Of a stretch of DNA of 64,000 nucleotides, positions 1 to 13,952 are shown piece after piece. The position numbers were made by a program, and so were the translations under genes. A model generated the notes under the pieces. That model saw nothing but the letters and a program-made list of their open reading frames with translations. It searched no databases and was not told the origin of the DNA. Each line of letters opens with the position of its first letter. Within the stretch, counting starts at the first letter, position 1. Source of the stretch: Escherichia coli (GTDB taxonomy: Bacteria > Pseudomonadota > Gammaproteobacteria > Enterobacterales > Enterobacteriaceae); the NCBI RefSeq assembly GCF_013315695.1, contig NZ_CP054353.1; one strand, given 5' to 3'.

Positions 1-289
1 ACGTCGTTGACCACGCTGATGGTGATTACGCCGATGAACCGATGATCTACCAGGCGTTTCAACCTCTGCCGCGGTTTGGCGATAGCTACACACTCATCGG
101 TAGCTGGATTGTCGATGATGAAGCGTGCGGAATGGGGATCCGTGAAGATAACACACTGATCACCAAAGACACCTCACGTTTCGTTCCGCATTACATTGCT
201 GGATAAGAATGTTTTAGCAATCTCTTTCTGTCATGAATCCATGGCAGTGACCATACTAATGGTGACTGCCATTGATGGAGGGAGACACA

Positions 290-1915
290 GTGCACTGGCA
301 AACTCACACCGTTTTTAATCAACCTATACCATTAAATAACAGCAACTTATACCTGTCTGATGGCGCGCTCTGCGAAGCGGTAACGCGTGAAGGTGCTGGC
401 TGGGATAGCGATTTTCTAGCCAGTATTGGTCAGCAGTTAGGAACGGCTGAATCCCTTGAACTGGGGCGGCTGGCGAATGTGAATCCGCCTGAATTATTGC
501 GCTACGATGCGCAAGGACGCCGTCTGGACGATGTGCGTTTTCACCCCGCCTGGCACCTGCTGATGCAGGCGCTATGTACCAATCGGGTGCACAATCTTGC
601 CTGGGAAGAAGACGCTCGCTCCGGCGCATTTGTGGCGCGCGCGGCGCGTTTTATGTTACATGCGCAGGTTGAGGCAGGGTCGTTATGTCCGATAACCATG
701 ACCTTTGCCGCCACGCCATTGTTGTTACAGATGTTACCCGCGCCGTTTCAGGACTGGACCACGCCGCTATTGAGCGATCGCTACGATTCTCACTTATTGC
801 CAGGTGGGCAAAAACGCGGTTTGTTGATTGGCATGGGAATGACGGAAAAGCAGGGCGGTTCCGATGTTATGAGCAACACCACCCGTGCAGAGCGTCTGGA
901 AGATGGCTCTTATCGGCTGGTGGGGCATAAATGGTTTTTCTCGGTTCCGCAAAGCGATGCGCATCTGGTGCTGGCGCAGACCGCGGGTGGTCTGTCCTGC
1001 TTTTTTGTGCCGCGCTTTTTGCCTGACGGGCAACGCAACGCGATTCGCCTCGAGCGGCTGAAAGATAAGCTGGGTAATCGCTCTAACGCCAGTTGCGAAG
1101 TGGAGTTTCAGGATGCCATTGGTTGGTTGTTGGGGCAGGAAGGGGAAGGAATTCGTCTGATCCTGAAAATGGGTGGGATGACGCGTTTTGATTGCGCCCT
1201 GGGTAGCCATGCCATGATGCGCCGTGCATTTTCGCTGGCGATTTATCATGCACATCAACGCCATGTTTTTGGTAATCCATTGATCCAACAGCCCCTTATG
1301 CGTCATGTCTTAAGTCGCATGGCACTTCAGCTTGAAGGGCAAACGGCGTTGCTGTTTCGTCTTGCGCGAGCGTGGGACCGGCGTGCCGATGCCAAAGAAG
1401 CCCTGTGGGCGCGTTTATTTACGCCTGCGGCAAAATTTGTGATCTGCAAAAGAGGTATGCCGTTTGTGGCCGAAGCGATGGAGGTGCTGGGCGGCATTGG
1501 TTATTGCGAGGAGAGCGAGCTGCCGCGGCTTTACCGGGAGATGCCGGTAAACAGTATTTGGGAAGGTTCCGGCAATATTATGTGCCTGGATGTGTTGCGC
1601 GTTCTCAATAAGCAAGCGGGCGTATACGACTTATTGTCGGAAGCATTTGTGGAAGTGAAAGGGCAGGATCGCTATTTTGATCGCGCGGTTCGTCGTTTAC
1701 AGCAGCAGCTGCGTAAGCCAGCTGAAGAACTGGGGCGAGAGATTACTCATCAGCTATTCCTGCTGGGCTGCGGTGCGCAAATGTTGAAATATGCTTCTCC
1801 GCCAATGGCGCAGGCGTGGTGTCAGGTGATGTTAGATACGCGCGGCGGCGTACGGTTGTCAGAGCAGATCCAGAATGATTTATTGCTGCGGGCGACGGGG
1901 GGAGTGTGTGTGTAA
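290..1915 (+). CDS. aidB: AidB, isovaleryl-CoA dehydrogenase-like adaptive-response protein
   Basis: 541-codon frame from GTG at 290 (VHWQTHTVFNQ...); translation matches recalled E. coli AidB along its length; ORF track shows a 6-codon upstream extension from TTG. Confidence 0.9.
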   Translation: MHWQTHTVFNQPIPLNNSNLYLSDGALCEAVTREGAGWDSDFLASIGQQLGTAESLELGRLANVNPPELLRYDAQGRRLDDVRFHPAWHLLMQALCTNRVHNLAWEEDARSGAFVARAARFMLHAQVEAGSLCPITMTFAATPLLLQMLPAPFQDWTTPLLSDRYDSHLLPGGQKRGLLIGMGMTEKQGGSDVMSNTTRAERLEDGSYRLVGHKWFFSVPQSDAHLVLAQTAGGLSCFFVPRFLPDGQRNAIRLERLKDKLGNRSNASCEVEFQDAIGWLLGQEGEGIRLILKMGGMTRFDCALGSHAMMRRAFSLAIYHAHQRHVFGNPLIQQPLMRHVLSRMALQLEGQTALLFRLARAWDRRADAKEALWARLFTPAAKFVICKRGMPFVAEAMEVLGGIGYCEESELPRLYREMPVNSIWEGSGNIMCLDVLRVLNKQAGVYDLLSEAFVEVKGQDRYFDRAVRRLQQQLRKPAEELGREITHQLFLLGCGAQMLKYASPPMAQAWCQVMLDTRGGVRLSEQIQNDLLLRATGGVCV

Positions 1916-1924
1916 GCGTATACG

Positions 1925-2008
1925 ACTGATGCGACGCTGGTTTCGATTAACTAAATGAAATATGTGAAAATTGTAGGCCGGACAAGGCGCTCGCGCCGCA
2001 TCCGGCAT
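1925..2008. repeat. REP-type extragenic palindromic repeat
   Basis: gtaggccgga...gcgccgcatccggca motif directly visible after aidB. Confidence 0.6.
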
Positions 2009-2031
2009 TGTTCATTTGCTGTAGATGACAC

Positions 2032-2307
2032 TCATGCATACAGTATCGCCTGTACGCGCCAGTTATCAGGCTGCTGGTCTTCGTACATGGTAATAATGCG
2101 GTACCATGACGCACCTTGTTCATCGGCCTTTAACGCCACGATACGTTCCACGTCCTGCGGATCCCCTGAAATATTGCTAACTGAGATCTGACCTATTTCA
2201 TTCAGGCCCGTCACGCAGTCAGCACTGGCGAATTCTGCAGACTGTGCCGTGGCGCTCGCAGGATAAGTCACTAATTGCAGCGAGGGTGAGGCAAGTAATT
2301 GTTTCAT
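2032..2307 (-). CDS. yjfN: YjfN, DUF1471 small periplasmic protein
   Basis: translation MKQLLASPSLQLVTYPASATAQ...; about 91 aa with signal peptide; start placed at the internal Met of the track ORF. Confidence 0.8.
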   Translation of the reverse strand: MKQLLASPSLQLVTYPASATAQSAEFASADCVTGLNEIGQISVSNISGDPQDVERIVALKADEQGASWYRIITMYEDQQPDNWRVQAILYA

Positions 2308-2455
2308 CGTCAGCTCCATTTTTCGTTTCCCCACATGTTGCAGGGCATTCCATCGCGGTAATAAACGCCCAGGCTTCCAGCCGGTAATTTATTGTGCACA
2401 GGTAAACGCATAGGGACGCAAAGCAATGTAAAGCTGACTATGTAAGTTGTCTGAT

Positions 2456-2785
2456 TTATTTACGGTACAAAATGGCTTGTGAATACCACTGTCCTGTCAC
2501 GATGGTTTCGTCCACCATGACGACAACGTAATAATCAGCTTTTGCAGCGACAGCTTTCGCTCTGATTTCTGCTAATGCGTCATCCGGAGAACCCCGAACC
2601 ATCGTGCTTACGCTACCTATTCGCTGTAACCCTTGCGTCTGGTCGCGGCGAATCTCTTGCGGATGGTCCGTTACTGGCGGTGCTGGCTGTGGCGTACCTT
2701 GCAGTGCGCTACAGGCACTTAACATCAACACCAATAATAAACTGGCAAACCGGTAAATAACGCTATTACGTTTCCTGCTAACCAT
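2456..2785 (-). CDS. bsmA: BsmA (YjfO) biofilm stress and motility lipoprotein
   Basis: translation MVSRKRNSVIYRFASLLLVLMLSACS... with lipobox; ATG at 2785. Confidence 0.8.
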   Translation of the reverse strand: MVSRKRNSVIYRFASLLLVLMLSACSALQGTPQPAPPVTDHPQEIRRDQTQGLQRIGSVSTMVRGSPDDALAEIRAKAVAAKADYYVVVMVDETIVTGQWYSQAILYRK

Positions 2786-2966
2786 AGTGTAGTGCCTTAT
2801 TAATTTAACTTTGGGGGAATGTTCCCGAATTGTTACCTGGTACGCGATTTTCGAATGAAAACGTGACGAAAGCGTAACCCACATCTCAACATTATGAACT
2901 AATACCGCCAGCAGAAACTTGTGCTAAGGATTTCTTCATGTCATACCAGACAAAAAGGAGAGACAG

Positions 2967-3716
2967 ATGATTGAAATAGAATCACGCGAGCTGGCAGATA
3001 TTCCCGTTCTTCATGCTTATCCTGTCGGACAAAAAGATACCCCATTACCGTGCGTGATTTTTTATCACGGCTTTACTTCATCCAGTCTGGTGTATAGCTA
3101 TTTTGCCGTTGCGCTGGCGCAGGCTGGTTTGCGGGTGATCATGCCGGATGCGCCCGATCACGGTAGCCGTTTTAGTGGTGACGCAGCGCGGCGGTTAAAT
3201 CAATTCTGGCAAATCTTGCTACAAAGTATGCAGGAATTCACTACTTTACGTGCGGCAATAGCCGAAGAAAACTGGCTGCTTGATGACCGTCTGGCAGTCG
3301 GTGGCGCGTCGATGGGCGCGATGACGGCACTGGGAATTACCGCTCGCCACCCCACGGTGAAATGTACCGCCAGCATGATGGGATCGGGCTATTTTACATC
3401 GCTCGCCCGTTCACTGTTTCCACCGCTGATACCTGAAACGGCAGCACAGCAGAATGAATTCAATAACATTGTCGCGCCGCTGGCAGAGTGGGAAGCGACA
3501 AACCACCTGGAACAACTTGGGGACAGACCTCTACTGCTGTGGCATGGCCTCGACGATGACGTTGTGCCTGCCGATGAATCACTACGTTTGCAGCAGGCCT
3601 TAAGCGAGACGGGACGGGATAAACTGCTAACCTGTTCATGGCAGCCAGGCGTGCGTCACCGCATTACGCCTGAGGCGTTAGATGCTGCCGTGACATTTTT
3701 CCGCCAGCATCTTTAA
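2967..3716 (+). CDS. yjfP: YjfP esterase, alpha/beta hydrolase
   Basis: 249 aa; GGASMG nucleophile-elbow motif; position between bsmA and ulaR as in K-12. Confidence 0.85.
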
Positions 3717-4468
3717 ACACGCAGAATGCTGACCCCTTGCGCTTCCAGTTGTTGCAGGATTTCCGGGTTAGCATTTTTGCCGGTGATAAGCATATCGATT
3801 TGATCGGCACGGCTAAAAAGCATTCCCGCGCGTTCGCCAATCTTACTGCTATCAACCAGTACCACCAGTTTCCCTACCACGCTCAGCATCTTCTGCTCTG
3901 CCATTGCTGTCAGCATATCGGTTTTATACAACCCTTCTGCGGTCAGCCCTTTTCCGCTGGTAAACATCCAGTGCCCGGCATAGAGACTGTTTTCGCTGCC
4001 CTGCGGGCTTAAAGTGATGGACTGACTTTTGTTGTACTGTCCACCCATAATGATCACGCTGTCATGTTCTTGATCGATCAGGTAATTTGCCAGCGGTAGA
4101 TAATTAGTGATGATTTGCACTGGCTTGCCACACATTTCCCGCCCAAGCAGAAACGCGGTGGAGCCGCAGTTGATGACTACGCTTTCGCCCGGATTAACCA
4201 GCTGCGAGGCCGCTTTAGCAATACGTACTTTTTCATCGTGATTCTGCGCCTGATGCAGATTCATCGGCGTCCAGCGCGGGCGCTGCTGGGTAATAGCTTC
4301 TGCGCCATTGCGCACTTTTTTCAGTTTTCCGCTTTCGTCAAGTTTATTGATATCGCGTCGCGCAGTAGCAGGCGAAATTCCCAGACGCTCAACGACTTTC
4401 TCAACGGTCACAAAGCCCAATTGTGCGAGCATTTCCAGGAGGATTTGATGTCTTTGTGCTTCAGTCAT
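3713..4468 (-). CDS. ulaR: UlaR, DeoR-family repressor of the ula regulon
   Basis: 251 aa, [43 protein letters not shown] (HTH) plus sugar-phosphate-binding C-terminal domain. Confidence 0.9.
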
Positions 4469-4575
4469 GAGCTATTCCGATAAAATTTGATTTTTTTAGA
4501 TGATATTTGAAATAGCCAGGAAATACTACGCCGGATAGCGCGAACTTCTCCACGCTATCCGGTATAAACGATAGA

Positions 4576-5640
4576 TTACAGGAATGACTTGAATGGCAGA
4601 TCCGGTTCAATAGTGAAGCAATCATCGAAACCGCGCGGATAGTGGTACTCGAAGTTGTCTTTATCCAGCGGCCAGGTAAATTTGCCGCCCACCTGCCAGA
4701 TAAACGGCTTGAAGCCATACTTCAGACGATCTTTTTTCATCTCCCACAGCACGCGGATCTCTTGCGGATCGGCCTGGAAGTTTGACCAGATATCGTGGTG
4801 GAACGGGATAACCACTTTCGCATTCAGCGCTTCACCCATACGCAGCATATCGGCGCTGGTCATTTTGTCGGTAATACCGCGCGGGTTTTCGCCGTATGAA
4901 CCTAAAGCCACGTCGATCTGATGTTCGTTACCGTGCTTCGCATAATAGTTAGAGTAGTGGGAGTCGCCGCTGTGATACAGGGAGCCGCCAGGCGTTTTGA
5001 ACAGGTAGTTCACCGCGCGATCGTCCATGCCATCTGGCAGTACGCCAGCCGCTTTTTGATCGGCAGGCAGGGTGATCAGTGCAGTACGGTCGAAAGCATC
5101 AAACGCATGAATTTCAATGTCTTTCACTTTTACTACATCGCCCGGTTTGACCACGATGCAACGCTCTTTCGGTACGCCCCAGCCAATCCACAAATCCACA
5201 CAGGTTTTCGGTCCAATGAACGGTACGTCATCAGCACCGTTCTGCATCACAGCAGCAGCGACGTTGACGTCGATATGATCGTTGTGATCGTGAGTCGCCA
5301 GTACCGCGTCGACCTGGCGAATCGCAAACGGATCAAGAACAAACGGGGTGGTGCGCAGGTTTGGCTGCAGTTTTTTCACGCCAGCCATGCGCTGCATCTG
5401 GTGACCCTGTTTCATTAACGGGTTACCGTGACTTTGTTTGCCAGTGCCGCACCAGAAATCAACGCAAACGTTGGTGCCACCTTCCGATTTTAACCAGATC
5501 CCGGTGCAGCCAAGCCACCACATCGCAAATGTGCCAGGTGCGACCTGTTCTTGTTCAATTTCTTCATTCAACCAGCTACCCCACTCCGGGAAAGTGCTCA
5601 GGATCTAGGATTCACGGGTGATACTTTTCACTTTACTCAT
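4576..5640 (-). pseudogene. ulaG: ulaG (L-ascorbate-6-phosphate lactonase) with an in-frame TAG at codon 12
   Basis: Minus strand from ATG at 5638-5640 reads [34 protein letters not shown]...; the rest of the frame down to 4576 is intact and matches UlaG. The track ORF 4576..5571 is the TTG-initiated remainder. Confidence 0.75.
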
Positions 5641-7392
<1,752 letters not shown>

Positions 7393-7407
7393 TAAGGAGT
7401 TTTGATT

Positions 7408-7713
7408 ATGACCGTACGTATTCTGGCTGTCTGTGGCAACGGACAAGGCAGTTCCATGATCATGAAGATGAAAGTGGACCAGTTTTTAACCCAATCAAAC
7501 ATTGACCACACGGTAAACAGCTGCGCGGTTGGCGAATACAAAAGCGAGTTGAGCGGCGCGGATATCATCATCGCTTCTACGCACATTGCGGGCGAAATCA
7601 CCGTGACCGGCAACAAATACGTGGTTGGTGTGCGCAACATGCTCTCTCCTGCCGACTTTGGCCCGAAACTGCTGGAAGTGATCAAAGAGCATTTCCTGCA
7701 GGATGTGAAGTAA
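7408..7713 (+). CDS. ulaB: UlaB, ascorbate PTS EIIB
   Basis: 101 aa, [16 protein letters not shown] with active-site Cys. Confidence 0.9.
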   Translation: MTVRILAVCGNGQGSSMIMKMKVDQFLTQSNIDHTVNSCAVGEYKSELSGADIIIASTHIAGEITVTGNKYVVGVRNMLSPADFGPKLLEVIKEHFLQDVK

Positions 7714-7722
7714 GGACGCGCC

Positions 7723-8160
7723 ATGAAATTACGTGATTCGCTGGCGGAAGCTGAGACATGGCAGGACGCAGTGAAAATCGGCGTGGACCTGCTGGTAGCG
7801 GCAGATGTGGTAGAGCCGCGTTACTACCAGGCGATTCTGGATGGCGTTGAACAGTTTGGTCCTTATTTCGTTATCGCTCCGGGGCTGGCAATGCCGCACG
7901 GGCGTCCGGAAGAGGGCGTTAAGAAAACCGGTTTCTCTCTGGTAACGCTGAAAAAGCAGCTGGAATTTAACCACGACGACAACGATCCGGTGGATATCCT
8001 CATCACCATGGCGGCGGTTGATGCCAACACTCACCAGGAAGTAGGCATCATGCAGATCGTCAACCTGTTTGAAGATGAAGAGAATTTCGACCGTTTACGC
8101 GCCTGCCGTACCGAGCAGGAAGTACTGGATCTCATTGACCGCACCAACGCGGCAGCTTAA
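7723..8160 (+). CDS. ulaC: UlaC, ascorbate PTS EIIA; about 9 codons shorter than the K-12 protein as recalled
   Basis: 145 aa, [24 protein letters not shown]...; recalled K-12 UlaC is 154 aa with [23 protein letters not shown]. Confidence 0.8.
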   Translation: MKLRDSLAEAETWQDAVKIGVDLLVAADVVEPRYYQAILDGVEQFGPYFVIAPGLAMPHGRPEEGVKKTGFSLVTLKKQLEFNHDDNDPVDILITMAAVDANTHQEVGIMQIVNLFEDEENFDRLRACRTEQEVLDLIDRTNAAA

Positions 8161-8173
8161 GAAGGAATTGAAC

Positions 8174-8824
8174 ATGTCATTACCGATGTTGCAAGTCGCG
8201 CTGGACAACCAGACTATGGATAGCGCCTACGAAACCACTCGCCTGATTGCCGAAGAAGTCGACATTATCGAAGTGGGTACCATTCTGTGCGTGGGCGAAG
8301 GCGTGCGTGCGGTTCGCGATCTGAAAGCGCTCTACCCGCACAAAATCGTGCTGGCAGACGCCAAAATTGCCGATGCGGGCAAAACTCTTTCTCGTATGTG
8401 CTTCGAAGCCAACGCTGACTGGGTGACCGTAATTTGTTGTGCGGATATCAACACCGCCAAAGGTGCGCTGGACGTGGCAAAAGAGTTTAACGGCGACGTG
8501 CAGATCGAACTGACCGGTTACTGGACCTGGGAACAGGCGCAACAGTGGCGCGACGCAGGTATTCAGCAGGTGGTTTATCACCGCAGCCGTGACGCGCAGG
8601 CCGCTGGCGTGGCGTGGGGTGAAGCCGATATCACTGCGATCAAACGTCTTTCCGATATGGGCTTCAAAGTCACCGTCACCGGTGGCCTGGCGCTGGAAGA
8701 TCTGCCGCTGTTCAAAGGCATTCCAATTCATGTGTTTATCGCCGGTCGCAGCATCCGTGATGCCGCTTCTCCGGTTGAAGCCGCGCGTCAGTTCAAACGT
8801 TCCATCGCCGAACTGTGGGGCTAA
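8174..8824 (+). CDS. ulaD: UlaD, 3-keto-L-gulonate-6-phosphate decarboxylase
   Basis: 216 aa from ATG 8174, [36 protein letters not shown]... Confidence 0.9.
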   Translation: MSLPMLQVALDNQTMDSAYETTRLIAEEVDIIEVGTILCVGEGVRAVRDLKALYPHKIVLADAKIADAGKTLSRMCFEANADWVTVICCADINTAKGALDVAKEFNGDVQIELTGYWTWEQAQQWRDAGIQQVVYHRSRDAQAAGVAWGEADITAIKRLSDMGFKVTVTGGLALEDLPLFKGIPIHVFIAGRSIRDAASPVEAARQFKRSIAELWG

Positions 8825-8833
8825 GGAGCGGAT

Positions 8834-9688
8834 ATGTTGTCCAAACAAATCCCGCTTGGCATCTATGAAAAAGCGCTCCCCGCCGGGGAGTGCTGGCTGG
8901 AACGCCTGCGACTGGCAAAAACGTTGGGCTTCGATTTTGTCGAGATGTCGGTAGATGAAACGGACGAGCGCCTGTCGCGCCTCGACTGGAGCCGCGAGCA
9001 GCGTCTGGCGCTGGTGAATGCGATTGTTGAAACCGGCGTGCGTGTGCCGTCCATGTGCCTTTCTGCCCATCGTCGTTTCCCGTTGGGCAGCGAAGATGAC
9101 GCGGTGCGGGCGCAGGGGCTGGAGATTATGCGTAAAGCCATCCAGTTCGCCCAGGACGTTGGCATTCGCGTGATCCAGCTGGCGGGCTATGACGTTTACT
9201 ATCAGGAAGCCAATAACGAAACGCGTCGTCGTTTCCGTGACGGCCTGAAAGAGAGCGTTGAGATGGCGAGCCGCGCGCAGGTGACGCTGGCGATGGAGAT
9301 CATGGATTACCCATTGATGAACTCCATCAGCAAGGCGCTGGGCTACGCGCACTATCTCAACAACCCGTGGTTCCAGCTCTACCCGGATATCGGCAACCTG
9401 TCGGCGTGGGACAACGATGTGCAGATGGAATTGCAGGCCGGAATAGGGCATATCGTCGCGGTGCATGTGAAAGACACCAAACCTGGCGTCTTCAAAAACG
9501 TGCCATTTGGCGAAGGCGTGGTGGATTTCGAACGTTGCTTTGAAACGCTCAAACAGAGTGGCTATTGCGGGCCGTACCTGATTGAGATGTGGAGCGAAAC
9601 GGCGGAAGACCCGGCGGCAGAAGTGGCGAAAGCGCGTGATTGGGTGAAAGCGCGCATGGCCAAAGCAGGCATGGTGGAGGCTGCATAA
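8834..9688 (+). CDS. ulaE: UlaE, L-ribulose-5-phosphate 3-epimerase
   Basis: 284 aa, [25 protein letters not shown]..., TIM-barrel sugar-phosphate epimerase. Confidence 0.9.
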
Positions 9689-10323
9689 TGCAAAAGCTAA
9701 AACAGCAGGTGTTTGAAGCCAACATGGATCTGCCGCGCTATGGGCTGGTGGTGATCAAGCCCAGCGGCGTCGCCTACGAAACCATGAAAGCAGACGATAT
9801 GGTGGTGGTTGATATGAGCGGCAGGGTGGTGGAAGGGGAGTATCGCCCATCTTCCGACACCGCGACGCATCTCGAACTCTACCGTCGTTACCCGTCGCTT
9901 GGCGGCATTGTCCATACCCACTCCACTCATGCCACCGCATGGGCGCAGGCGGGGCTGGCGATCCTGGCGTTAGGCACCACGCACGCTAACTACTTCTTTG
10001 GTGATATCCCGTGTACGCGTGGATTAAGCGAAGAAGAGGTGCAGGGTGAGTATGAACTGAACACTGGCAAAGTGATTATCGAAACGCTGGGTGACGCCGA
10101 GCCGCTGCATACGCCGGGAATTGTGGTGTATCAGCACGGGCCGTTCGCCTGGGGGAAAAATGCCCACGATGCGGTGCATAACGCGGTGGTGATGGAGGAA
10201 GTGGCAAAAATGGCGTGGATTGCGCGCAGTATTAACCCACAACTGAATCACATCGACAGCTTCCTCATGAATAAACACTTCATGCGTAAGCACGGTCCTA
10301 ACGCCTATTACGGGCAGAAGTAA
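9688..10323 (+). CDS. ulaF: UlaF, L-ribulose-5-phosphate 4-epimerase (class II aldolase family); carries an in-frame 17-codon deletion
   Basis: ATG at 9688 overlaps the ulaE stop; 211 aa, [30 protein letters not shown]...; the AraD/SgbE/UlaF family has ...[25 protein letters not shown] here. Confidence 0.8.
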   Translation: MQKLKQQVFEANMDLPRYGLVVIKPSGVAYETMKADDMVVVDMSGRVVEGEYRPSSDTATHLELYRRYPSLGGIVHTHSTHATAWAQAGLAILALGTTHANYFFGDIPCTRGLSEEEVQGEYELNTGKVIIETLGDAEPLHTPGIVVYQHGPFAWGKNAHDAVHNAVVMEEVAKMAWIARSINPQLNHIDSFLMNKHFMRKHGPNAYYGQK

Positions 10324-10330
10324 GCAGTGC

Positions 10331-10380
10331 GCCCCGGAATTATTACCTCCTGCGGGATGTAATTGGTCTGATTCCGGGGC
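10331..10380. other. Perfect 10-bp inverted repeat with 30-nt spacer, downstream of ulaF
   Basis: gccccggaat (10331-10340) and attccggggc (10371-10380); no flanking T-run. Confidence 0.5.
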
Positions 10381-10419
10381 CGCTTCAGTTAAAAAATCAT
10401 ATAAACAACAGGTGTTTTT

Positions 10420-10971
10420 ATGGCTATCAATGGATTGTTTGTCAGAACGGATCCGCAGCGTCGCCGCTATGGCGTTGCGTTACTTGTGGGTGTGCTTTCA
10501 GGAATTATTTCAGCATTTGTTAAATGGGGAGCGGAAGTCCCCTTGCCACCGCGCACATTTTCCGGTGGTCGCGATGAATTTAACCCGCCGTATATCTTTC
10601 TACGAGATTATTTAGGTATCGACCCAACCCAAACTGTGTATACCTTCTCGGAACATATTATCAACCCGGTGATGGTGACGCATATCATCTTCTCCCTGGT
10701 TTTTGCGATAGGGTATTGTGTTGTCGCGGAAATTTTCCCGAAAGTGAAATTATGGCAGGGGATATTAGCAGGGCTTATTGTGACAGTGGCAGTCCACGGT
10801 ATATTTTGCCCGGCGCTGAATTTAACGCCGCCGCTCACTCAATTGCCTTTTGACGAATATGCGTCTGAAATCTTGGGGCATATTTTCTGGTTCTGGATAA
10901 TAGAGATTATGCGCCGCGACTTACGTAATCGCATTACTCATGAGCCGGATCCGGAAGTCGCAATTCGGTGA
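10420..10971 (+). CDS. Small inner-membrane protein, DUF1440/YagU-like
   Basis: 183 aa, ATG with AGGTG RBS 5 nt upstream; four hydrophobic segments; motifs [69 protein letters not shown] resemble YagU-type proteins (from memory). Confidence 0.65.
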   Translation: MAINGLFVRTDPQRRRYGVALLVGVLSGIISAFVKWGAEVPLPPRTFSGGRDEFNPPYIFLRDYLGIDPTQTVYTFSEHIINPVMVTHIIFSLVFAIGYCVVAEIFPKVKLWQGILAGLIVTVAVHGIFCPALNLTPPLTQLPFDEYASEILGHIFWFWIIEIMRRDLRNRITHEPDPEVAIR

Positions 10972-10980
10972 ATAACCGTA

Positions 10981-11006
10981 TAAAAAAGCCCCCTGCGAAG
11001 GGGGCA
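10981..11006 (-). terminator. Rho-independent terminator for yjfY
   Basis: gccccctgcgaagggggc hairpin; the T-run follows on the minus strand. Confidence 0.6.
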
Positions 11007-11045
11007 AAGCAAACTATGGCAATGTTTCGTTGGTTATACCTGGTG

Positions 11046-11321
11046 CTAGCGATAAATATCCGCGCTGGCGTGCATATTGCCGTTACTCCCCGGTTCCCGC
11101 ATTAGAATTACGTGGTAGTACGTTGCGCCCTGCGCATCTGTCTCTTCATTTAATGCCTGACGTGCTTCGCTTTCAGTGGCGAAATTATGATTGATATAAA
11201 TCACGCCTAAGCTCTGTACGTCGTCCATATTTCTGGACTGGTGGTTATTAATTTCAATGGCTGCCCATGTATTTGCACTTAGCAAAAGCACAGCCAGAAG
11301 GGCTAAAACACGACTGAACAT
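11046..11321 (-). CDS. yjfY: YjfY, DUF1471 small secreted protein
   Basis: 91 aa, MFSRVLALLAVLLLSANTWAAIEINN..., signal peptide. Confidence 0.8.
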   Translation of the reverse strand: MFSRVLALLAVLLLSANTWAAIEINNHQSRNMDDVQSLGVIYINHNFATESEARQALNEETDAQGATYYHVILMREPGSNGNMHASADIYR

Positions 11322-11629
11322 AGATACCTCCTCGACGGCTGACTTTGTGTGCTCTCCTCTGTGATGATCTTCTGATTTAATTTTAATCAATGATAAAGAA
11401 GTTGATGGTGACCATTTCTGATGCAGTTGTTCGAAAAAACACTGTGACGGAATGTGATGAACTTCAAATCAGGGAGTTAGTTCTTTTGAGCGAAAGATGA
11501 GATTTATTTGTCGGCTGGCCTTGAGTTTAGCGGGGCATACAAGTACTATAACGCGTCATTTTTCAGCCGACCTTTAACACGTTCCTTGCCTCCCCGGGAT
11601 TCGGCTGACCCAGACAGGAGGCTGAATAA

Positions 11630-12043
<414 letters not shown>

Positions 12044-12049
12044 TTTCTG

Positions 12050-12596
<547 letters not shown>

Positions 12597-12625
12597 TCGG
12601 TCACGGTCCATTAATACGACTTTGA

Positions 12626-13087
<462 letters not shown>

Positions 13088-13107
13088 TTCGTTATTCAAC
13101 GAGACGT

Positions 13108-13140
13108 AAAAACGCCGACCATTGGTCGGCGTTTTGCTTT
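13108..13140 (+). terminator. Rho-independent terminator of the rpsF-priB-rpsR-rplI operon
   Basis: aaaacgccgaccattggtcggcgtttt hairpin followed by T-run. Confidence 0.8.
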
Positions 13141-13157
13141 CTATTTTTCGTCAGGTA

Positions 13158-13952
13158 TTAGTTTCGCAAGTAGATCCATTCACCATTCTCTTGTGTCCAT
13201 AAGTCAGGATGGTTTGCTGGCGTTAGATGCATACGATCACTCCTTATGTCTCGGTCCTGCGGCACTCGCTCGAAACCTAAACCCGAGTAGATTGCTGCTG
13301 AATTTGATAAGGAACGTAGACCAATTTTCAAATCATGGGGTAAATCAGAATACGCGTTTAGCAATGCAGCAATGATGAATCCGAGGGCATTAGAAACGCC
13401 TGTAACAGTGCGAAGTTGGTCGATATAAAGATCGATTGTTGGTAGTTCAGATGACCAGCAATTAGGCATTTGGGCAGGAAGGGTTACAACGTATCCTATC
13501 GTTTGGCCGGTATAGTCTGGAGTACCATAACCAGGTCCCAAAACCACTTCGTGTATTGTGTATTTACTGTTGGGTTCGAAGGATTCGACATCTTGCAATA
13601 AATATTTCAGTTCTGCGGTTAACCTCGCACCCGCGTAAGCTTTATTGTATTTCTGGGCGTGAATATTATCTAATGTAGCTTCATGGTTCCATCCAAAAGA
13701 ATTATCACCATTCATTGTTACTCCATCGTAAGCATTACACTTCGTTGCTAACTTATTGAATGCTTGCCAGTCAGAGAGATCTAGTTTGTGGATCTCAACA
13801 GTACGTCTGCCATCGCAATTATGATCTCTTCCACGATTTGGCAGTAATGTAGCACGTGCATATTGATGAAATTTTAATTTTACTGGTTTGTCGGTGGACG
13901 AAAAATAGGGTGAATATGCAGGAAATGAATAAATAGTCGTTGGTAATGTCAT
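13158..13952 (-). CDS. yjfZ: YjfZ, uncharacterized protein
   Basis: 264-aa ORF, AT-rich relative to neighbours; no motif I can assign. Confidence 0.7.
   Translation of the reverse strand: MTLPTTIYSFPAYSPYFSSTDKPVKLKFHQYARATLLPNRGRDHNCDGRRTVEIHKLDLSDWQAFNKLATKCNAYDGVTMNGDNSFGWNHEATLDNIHAQKYNKAYAGARLTAELKYLLQDVESFEPNSKYTIHEVVLGPGYGTPDYTGQTIGYVVTLPAQMPNCWSSELPTIDLYIDQLRTVTGVSNALGFIIAALLNAYSDLPHDLKIGLRSLSNSAAIYSGLGFERVPQDRDIRSDRMHLTPANHPDLWTQENGEWIYLRN

Noticed and set aside
272-289. Six-codon N-terminal extension of aidB from the track (MMEGDT...)
   Set aside because: Track start is a TTG; the recognised AidB N-terminus begins at the GTG at 290.
8180-9466. 428-aa minus-strand ORF spanning ulaD and ulaE
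   Set aside because: Antisense to two recognised enzymes; His/Arg-rich composition typical of out-of-frame GC-rich sequence.
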